The notes below the pieces were generated by a model, which was not told the origin of the DNA, did no database searches, and worked only from the letters and a program-made list of their open reading frames with translations. A stretch of DNA of 64,000 nt from Eledone cirrhosa (Eukaryota): the NCBI GenBank assembly GCA_964016885.1, contig OZ024752.1, forward strand, positions 15,810,001 through 15,874,000, read 5' to 3'. Shown here in pieces: positions 56,201 through 64,000 of this stretch (its first letter is position 1; each line of letters opens with the position of its first letter). The position numbers and the translations under genes were made by a program.

Positions 56201-57500
56201 GTTGTTTTTGGTGGTGGTGGTGCAGCTTTCCGCGCTGACACTGGCGTTGGCAAGAAAGGAAGTTTGCGACCCCCTGCATTTTTGCGCTGAGGGCAGAAGG
56301 CTTGCAGATGCGTTGCTTCCTTTCAGACTAAGCAGGGTGGCATTCTTCGCCTGCAGGCGGGTAAAATCCGGGATGTTGTTCATGTCCTTCGGTTTCATTT
56401 GGAGAAGAACCTCCAAATCCATTCCGGACCAGTCTTCTCTCTCTCTCCTTTTGATATCGAGGAGGGTAGTGTCTTTCCCTTCCTCGATTACGCATCCCAG
56501 CAGCCACCATATGTTCATTCCTGGTGGGATGTTGGGAATGCAGACCTTTACTGTCCTTTTACCCATGTAGGACGGGTGCATGATAATGCGTTCCGTTCTG
56601 CAGGAGGTCACCGAGTGCTCAATAGCAAGGGCCTCGGTTTTAACAGTACTGAGATGGTACCGAACTCTTTGGCTCTTGCTTTATACTCTATGTCACTTCC
56701 GATGCACTCCAACGCAACCTCGACCTCTGCTTAGCTGGCAAGTTCCACTTTTCGTGTCTGCACCGAAATGCATCGAAAGTACACCGTCCTTCTTTGCATG
56801 GCCGCTATTGCCCCGTCCGAGATGGTCAGGTTTGCCCGGGACTTCTCCCGTTTAATTAGCCTCCACGCCTGTTCGTCTTTATCGCTAATATCAATATTCA
56901 ATAAGCGCTCTGTTTTTGCTGCTGCTGCAGAAAATGTGGTGCCTCTGTTGCTCTTGTTGTTGGTGTTGTCGTTCTTGCTGATGTTATTGGTGTTGTTGTT
57001 GTGGTTTTGTTTGTTGTTGCTGTGGCCACCGCCATCTGTGTTCATATTGAAGCTGTCGGTGTTATTGTCGTTGTTGCTTTGAGTTGTAGTTGTTGTTGTG
57101 GTGGTGGTGATGGTGGTGATGGCGTTTTCAGATGAGACTGCTGTTAACACAGAAAATTGTGATGGTAGCTTTTGAGTTTTGCCTTCACATTCAGTGGAGT
57201 GTACGACAGCAGGCATGTCTGTAGCAATCATAGTTGTGGTGAAATCTACAGTGGCTGCTTTTGAACTTTTAACCTGAACATGTTTACCGTTTCAAGGTCG
57301 ATTTTTTTCGAAGTTTTCAAAAATAAATCTGAATATTCGGGCTTAAAGCCCGAATATTGAGAGGTACCCTTTTCCTTGAAACCAAGGTGGGTACCTTATG
57401 TTTCGTTAACGACAAGAAAATACAAAAAATGATACTTTAAAACATCTTAAAGTTACGAACCTTTTCCCCCGCAGACTTGTCCGTCTTCCCACATGTGCGA
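53225..57500 (-). mobile_element. Tx1/L1-clade LINE copy A: 5' UTR, ORF1, APE and RT; decayed and 3'-truncated
   Basis: APE motifs ISET, VYAP, GDWN, TW, IDR, SDH, G.GYWKLN; RT motifs KSPGLDG, NFRPITLLN.E.KILAK, LDQSKAFDRVDH, YADD; ORF1 remnants at about 55430-57290. Confidence 0.9.
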
Positions 57501-57504
57501 CAAA

Positions 57505-60345
57505 TAATAATAATAATAATAATGATTTCTTTATTGGCCAGAAGGGCTGACATCAAGAAAAATATTACAGACGGCACAGGACGGTACGATGAGGGTTTTG
57601 TGCGTGTAAATATTTTTTATTATTTATATAAGAAAAGAAAAAAGGACATAGAAACATATATATATATATATATATATAAACAATAACAATGAAAATTGAA
57701 ACAGTGAAAAATTCCCCAATAGGGGGGAAAACTCCGAGGGTTACTCGTGGCGAAAACCACACAAAAGACCACGGCCACCCTGACCACCAGGGCAAGCGCC
57801 CTCTCTCAATTTTTCCATTTCTCAAACTACAGACGTATATTCAGAGCGGTCCCGTTCACTCGGACCATTCTCGCTACATTCACCCACCTTCCAACAAACT
57901 TGCTAAAAGGCAGCACTTGCTTCTCCACACTGATTTTCCTCTTCAAGTGAAACTTGAAAAAGTTAATTAGGGATTCGCCGAAGAGGAAAGTGTCTGTCTT
58001 TAACCCTTTCAACCTTGTCCACCACACAATCTCTTTCGCCATGGCCACCAGGCAGATGAAAGCCGCCTGCTCTTCCTCCTCGAAGGAAGACGGCGAGACC
58101 ATCTGCACAATGGACTCAGTCGGTACCGGATCAGTCCCACACGCGACAGCAACTGTTCGACATAGCTCCACAAGTCAGCAATGCTCGGGCTCTGAACGAG
58201 TGCGTGCACGACGGTTTCGTCGCTCTGCGCGCATCTCGGACAGGCTCGGCTGACGGCACTTCCGTGCCTGTAGAGCTTATCTCGAACCGGCAGCGCTCCC
58301 CGGTAGCACTGCCGGACCAGGGATTTTGGGAAGTTATCCATAGGCCCTGGGCTGAAAGTTCTCCGAAAGAGAGCAAACAGCTGATCTTCTTCAACGCCCA
58401 GGATCTCTCCGAGAACGTCGTCGCTCTTTCCCTCCACTAGTCCTCTATAGAACGACGAAGTGGACGTTCCACCGATACTGGTGCCCATTTGGCAGAGGGC
58501 AGTGAGCGCCTGGAGACATTTCAGATTCCAAGCGCTATCCCTCGGTCTTTTTCTGACCCAGGACTGCAGCTCCGTCAAGGAGACGAGCTGTGCGAAAACG
58601 TGCCTGGCGAACGGTGACCACACCGGTTCACCGTCAAGGAAGCACCAGAGATGTCGCAGCCTCAGCGCATGTTTGCGCATCATCAGCCATGGTATGCCCA
58701 GTCCTCCACGCGACGGGTGTTGACAGCAGCTGGATCGTCTGACCATGGGAGCGCGTCCCTTCCACAAAAAGCGGAAGAGGAGGCGATCCATTTTGGTGAG
58801 AGTTGGGCCGGGGTGAGGCGGTAGCAGATGACGGATGCGATGTACGCACTCGCCACCTCCGCCTGGCCTTTCATGGACAGCTTCCTCTCGGCCCATTTCT
58901 GGGTGAGGGAGGCCACCTTGCTCGTCACCTCGTTCCAGGTTTTCTCCATCTGGAGGTCCGGTCCGAACCAGACCCCGAGCAATTTAACCGGTCCGACCGT
59001 CCAACTCCCCACGACGCTGTCGGACGGCATGGACTTGCCTCTCCAGATGCCGAGGTGCAAGCCCACCAACTTTTCCTGGTATATCTTTGCTCCTGTCACC
59101 CTTCGTATTCCTTGAGAGCGGTGCCGAGCATCTGGACATGTCTGGTGCTCGAAACCACCACGTTGACGTCGTCGGCGTGGGCCGACTCGGATTTCCCGCA
59201 TCCTAGTTCACGTGGGACGCCTCTCATCGCCCCCAGTTTGTGCAGTAACGGCTCGAGAGCCAATACGTATAAGAGGGACGAGAGGGGACAACCCTGGCGG
59301 ACTGAGCACATGATGCTGAACAGCTGCGACAGGTGACCGTTTACCCCCACTACTGAGCAGATGTCGCTGTACATCGGAGGGATCCAACCCCTGAAAACGG
59401 GCCCGAAACCGGCTGTCTCGAGGACCGCCGCCAGGTACCGATGGTCGACCCTATCGAATGCTTTGGATTGATCCAAGTTGATCAGGGCCCTACCCGTGCC
59501 AGGTACCTTAACCACCCTCTCTATGATGTATCGCATGAGGTGGAGGTTGTCGTGTAAGGATCTGTCCGGAATGGCGCATGTCTGCGCCTCTCCCACCAGA
59601 CCATTGACGACAAGCGCCAACCTCGTTGCTAACACCTTGGCCAATATCTTGAACTCTGCATTTAGCATGGTTATGGGCCTGAAATTATCGATAACATCCC
59701 CTTGTTCTTTTCTCAGCAGCGCCACCTCTCCCCGGCTCACAAAACTGGGAATGCTCCCGTTCTGCTGCCAGTTGCAGTAGATGTCTGCCAAGAGATCACC
59801 GAACAAGTCTGGCATAAATGCATAAAGCTCGTAGGGCAGACCATCCAAACCTAGCGATTTACCCCTCGTGCAGTTAGCCATCGCTTCCCGTATTTCACCG
59901 GCTGTTATTGGCTTTTCGCAACACTGTGCTGCGGTCGTCGAGAGCCGAGGCAGTCCGTCGAGGTATGCACTGAAGTCCATGCCCGATCTGGGCCGCCACT
60001 GCTCCCGAATAGTTCAGCAAAGTGCTGCTGAAAAGCTTCACACATCTGTTCGGGTTCGAGCAACACGCACCCGTTTTGGTCAGACAAAGACCGAATTGTT
60101 GACGTGTTGCCACGTCGCGCCTCTGCCACCCGGGCCCGTTGGACGGCTTTTCTCCCCTCGTGTTTCAGAGCATGCGCTCTAGCTCTGACAACGCAGCCTT
60201 CGTGTTTTGCGTTGAAGAATTAGTCGAGTGCCAATCTCGCCGCAAGCACGTCGGTTGCGATGCCTGTCTTAAACGCCTCTTCTAGCTTTCTAACTAGCTC
60301 TCCCTCTACTCTATTTTCCTCTATCACTAGTTCTTTGCTAAACCT
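57505..60345 (-). mobile_element. Tx1/L1-clade LINE copy B, 5'-truncated, with 3' end and (TTA)n tail
   Basis: RT motifs VRQGCPLS, AHADD, LGVWF, FLW, GGLG; C-terminal CPRC...ET..H; (TAA)n at both boundaries. Confidence 0.9.
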
Positions 60346-60474
60346 AATAATAATAATAATAATAATAATAACAACAACAATAACAATAATAATAATGATC
60401 ACAACAACAACAATAATATTATACATATATATATATACACACACATAAACATATCTACACACACACACACACAC

Positions 60475-61572
60475 GATAGCAATTAACAGCGCTACGATCG
60501 AATGTGGCTTTTTAGCCCAGCCAATGATCTAAAATGTCACATCCCGCTTTACTTTCTCGTATGCGATTCGAGAGGCCTCAAACACAACTTTCCCCTCATA
60601 TACAGTCTTTCTCCATTTATTACGGTCAGCAGCAACATTTTCCCATGTATCAGCAGAGATGTTAGCGTCTTTCAAAGAGGCTTTCAAGGAATCCTTATAC
60701 CTCCTTTTGGGGTTTATGTGGCGGTCGTTTTCTTTTAACTAACTCTCAATAAAAGAGTTGATTTGGTAATCTAGAATCCTTCATCCTGGCAAGGTGACCA
60801 CTCCAACGGAGTCGTTGCTTAAGCACAAGAGCTTCTATACTGTCACACAGAGAGCTTTCCAAAATCTCGACATCATTGATGTGGTCCCTCCAGTGAACGT
60901 CGTGGATCCGTCTGAGATACATCTGATGGAAACGCTCTAATTGCTTAAGGTAGTGTCGATATGTGACCCAGGTCTCGCAGGCATAAAGAAGAGCAGAGAG
61001 CACACATGCCTTGTACACCTTTACATATGTCTCGCTGACCCCAGAATCGCCTTTCTAGCTTTCCGAAAGCATCACTTGCTTTCCTAATCCTGAGTGGGAT
61101 TTCATTATCAAGGTTGTTGTATCGATTGACAGTGCTTCCCAGGTAGACAAACAGATCAACCACTCCAAGTCGTTTACCATTCACATAGATATTTGGTTCA
61201 CTGTACTGCTTACCAGGGGCAGGTTGGGACATGACGACGGTTTTCTTGAGACTGACAGTCAATCCTAGGGCAGTGCAAGTATCAGAAACTGCATTCAAAA
61301 TGTGCTGCATATCACTCTCTGTGTGCGCTACAAGCTCGCAATCATCTGCATACAAGAGGTCTCTTATGTTTGATGTAAATACTTTTGTTTTTGCAGCAAA
61401 GCGCCTGATGTTAAATATGCTGCCTGAGGTTCGATATCGGAAGTAAACACCATGCTCGCAATCCTGAATGCAATATAGAAAACCTTAGCAAAATATATGG
61501 CAAACAGGGTCGGTGCTGGAATATCCCCCTGTTTCACTCCATTTGTTACTGTTACCGCCGACATTAACCCAT
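60475..61572 (-). pseudogene. RTE(BovB-like) LINE RT fragment
   Basis: GVKQGDI.APTLF.IYF, LYADD, F.YLGS, LYACETW, RLRWSGHLARM.D.RLP. Confidence 0.9.
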
Positions 61573-61601
61573 TATACATATATATATACATATATATATA
61601 C

Positions 61602-61683
<82 letters not shown>

Positions 61684-62055
61684 TTCAAGAGTAACCAATC
61701 CTAAAGAGAGAGATTGAGATAGTAGAGGAGATATGAGAGGAAAGATTGGTGAGTTAGTTAGAAGCCAAAGCGTAAAGGCATGTGCTCAATGTGCAATATG
61801 CAGTGGAAAGCAGCTAGGTGGCTGGGAACGGGCATTATTATTATTATTATTATTAATATTATTATTATTCTCTACATTCCTTACATCAAACTAAATATGT
61901 TGACAATCTTTTAATAATGTCTTCCTTGTGAAATGCGTGGTCTTGTTTTGCTTAACTAATGAATATATATATATATGCCAGCTTAAACGTCTTCAAATGA
62001 AGTCGGTGTTATAACGGTATGTCGAATCTATTTATCTATAAAACTGTTTATATTG

Positions 62056-62121
62056 TATTTTGTCTGAGGAAGGCATAGCATATTGTTAATATCATATCCC
62101 CGAAATATATATAATGAAATA
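62056..62121 (+). ncRNA. Type I hammerhead (sister of 34865-34930)
   Basis: Same stem I, CTGAGGA core and GAAA-TATATA-TA; element 61990-62165 lies between (TA)n tracts. Confidence 0.7.
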
Positions 62122-62158
62122 AATATGGTTTTATAAATATAGTTTCCATTTATTTAAT

Positions 62159-62235
<77 letters not shown>

Positions 62236-62438
62236 GGAATAGAATGAAACGAAATTTCATTTCTCACTCTTAGTACGGCACTTACTTAAGTGTAAGTATG
62301 TATATATGTATACGTACATACATATATGTATACAGACGTACAGTAGTATGTATATATATATACATACATGCACACACATATATATATGCACGTATCGGTT
62401 TACCGAACATTTATTATAATGCTCGGTTTGTTTGTTTG

Positions 62439-62470
<32 letters not shown>

Positions 62471-62875
62471 CTTACTGTATATGCACACATATACAACATT
62501 ATATGCACGCAACTTTTACGAAGTGCATACACACACATGCACACACCTCATAGTCTATATACATACTTCTTACAATATATATATACTCACAACTCATAAT
62601 ATATAAGTACCTCTCTCAATATATATAAACCCATCACAATACAGATGTACATTTCTCAATATATATATATATATATTGTTATATTTGGGGAGGGTCATAT
62701 TTGCGTAATATTGCCAGAATTAATAACAGAACACACTCACTGTTTGGTTGGTTTTCGCTTCTCGCTGTCTTTTATATATATATATCTGCGATCTAACTTA
62801 CTCGGTCCTCAATGTTGCCATTGACTGACCGGCGGTCAAAAATAATACAGATACAATATAGACAAACACATATAT

Positions 62876-62932
62876 ATATAGTTTACATAAATCTTTCGTT
62901 GCACATCTGCAACATCGTCAGTGGTGTTATAT
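62876..62932 (-). ncRNA. Type I hammerhead in PLE 3' UTR
   Basis: Same core as 9626-9680. Confidence 0.75.
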
Positions 62933-63201
62933 TCATTGTTCCTCCTGTTGTGTTGTATGTCTACGCCATTTTTTTTTTTGTTCAGTCTGTCTATATATTT
63001 ATTTATTTATTTGCTTGTTTGTTTATCTTATTTTATTTTGTCTTCTTTGCGCATGCGTTTGCGTGTGTGTATAGTGTTATGTGTGATGTGTGATGTGTGA
63101 CTAGTGTGTATAGTGTTGTCTGCTGGGTGACTAGTGTGTGTTTATGTGCTTGTGTATGTATTTATTTATCTTATTTTATTTAATTTAATTTACTTATTTA
63201 T

Positions 63202-63999
63202 TTATACTTCTCTTAGGTCAGTGTTGTTTGTTTGGGTGTTGTTGTTGTTCCACTCATTCTTTCTGTTTAGCTTTGGTCTTCTAATTTCTATTTCACTGGC
63301 CTCTCTGATTTGCCTATCTGCTGGGTCATTCCTATGTTTAGATATTATTCTAATTTCTATGTTGTCTATGTTACCGTCATGATGTTGTCTAGCATGTTCG
63401 TATAGTACTGACCCGTTTTTTCGTCCTTTTAGTTCCCCCCAGTGTTGGTCTATCCTTTCACCTATGCTACGAGCTGTCTCACCTATGTATGTTGTTGTCG
63501 TGTTTCTGCAAGTACCCTCTGTACATCTTATGCTATAGACTACGTTTCTAGTTTTACAGTTTATCCGGGGGTTCACCTTACATATGATACATTTCCTATT
63601 GGTACAGTGGGTTTTCTTAAAAGGGTAGGTTTTGCTGATCAGGGATTTTATGGTGGTTCCTGGCTTTTCTACCACCTTTATTTTTAAGTGGGTCTTTCTC
63701 AGGGCCTTTCTACACTGGTTAGCTAATTTCCCTCCAGGGGTGGCGTCCACAAACATGACACTCTGATATCTCTGGTTGTCGTACCATGATGTGGCCTTCC
63801 CTATCTTATGTCTAGCCCTATCTAAGCTATTCCATGATTTGCTCCTGTATAGTGGGCAAATTCCTTTCATGTCCAGTTCTATGAGGGTCTTATACTTTTC
63901 CATGGCTCCTTCGTATACTCTGACTCTGTCTCTTTGGTTGTAGCCAGAGAACTGCATGCGGTTGATGAAGTGTTGGATGTGTCCTTCCATTTCTGTTGG
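63202..63999 (-). CDS. PLE polyprotein C-terminal part: RT thumb, zinc linker and GIY-YIG endonuclease (5'-partial)
   Basis: M..SGY, SVMFVDATPGGKLA, IKVVE..G, C..C..C, VVY..C...YIGET.R...ER..H, RQI.EA, LNRK.EW; frame open to the window edge. Confidence 0.9.
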   Translation of the reverse strand, partial: PTEMEGHIQHFINRMQFSGYNQRDRVRVYEGAMEKYKTLIELDMKGICPLYRSKSWNSLDRARHKIGKATSWYDNQRYQSVMFVDATPGGKLANQCRKALRKTHLKIKVVEKPGTTIKSLISKTYPFKKTHCTNRKCIICKVNPRINCKTRNVVYSIRCTEGTCRNTTTTYIGETARSIGERIDQHWGELKGRKNGSVLYEHARQHHDGNIDNIEIRIISKHRNDPADRQIREASEIEIRRPKLNRKNEWNNNNTQTNNTDLREV

Positions 64000-64000
64000 G

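Larger units (their letters stand above)
62676..64000 (-). mobile_element. Young Penelope-like element (Nematis-like), continues beyond the window end
   Basis: Uninterrupted ORF, 3' UTR with hammerhead, terminus in (TA)n. Confidence 0.9.

Noticed and set aside
62676-64000. Naiad-type selenoprotein PLE with SECIS
   Set aside because: Endonuclease is C-terminal and there is no in-frame TGA in the visible ORF

Overview
AT-rich, microsatellite-saturated animal genomic DNA, most likely an octopod cephalopod; that guess rests on my recognition of the abundant tRNA-derived SINE and I could not search for it. Almost all of the window is transposon-derived. It contains a decayed near-full-length Penelope-like element (PLE, Hydra-like) with inverted pseudo-LTRs, two young copies and one older relative of a Nematis-like PLE, two tandem Tx1/L1 LINEs, RTE and R4/Dong fragments, nested non-autonomous Helitrons, a hAT-like MITE, many SINEs and a 2.2-kb minisatellite. 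A few candidate exons suggest a host gene on the minus strand. Most ORFs in the supplied track are microsatellite artefacts. The main hidden signal is a dense set of short foldback (palindromic) elements in (TA)n tracts, about 130-430 bp long and mutually dissimilar in sequence. Many carry type I hammerhead ribozyme folds that read outward, usually with a palindromic stem III. Two unrelated families use the compensatory U3-A8 core instead of C3-G8. All folds were read by eye, ribozyme activity is untested, and TE boundaries are approximate.
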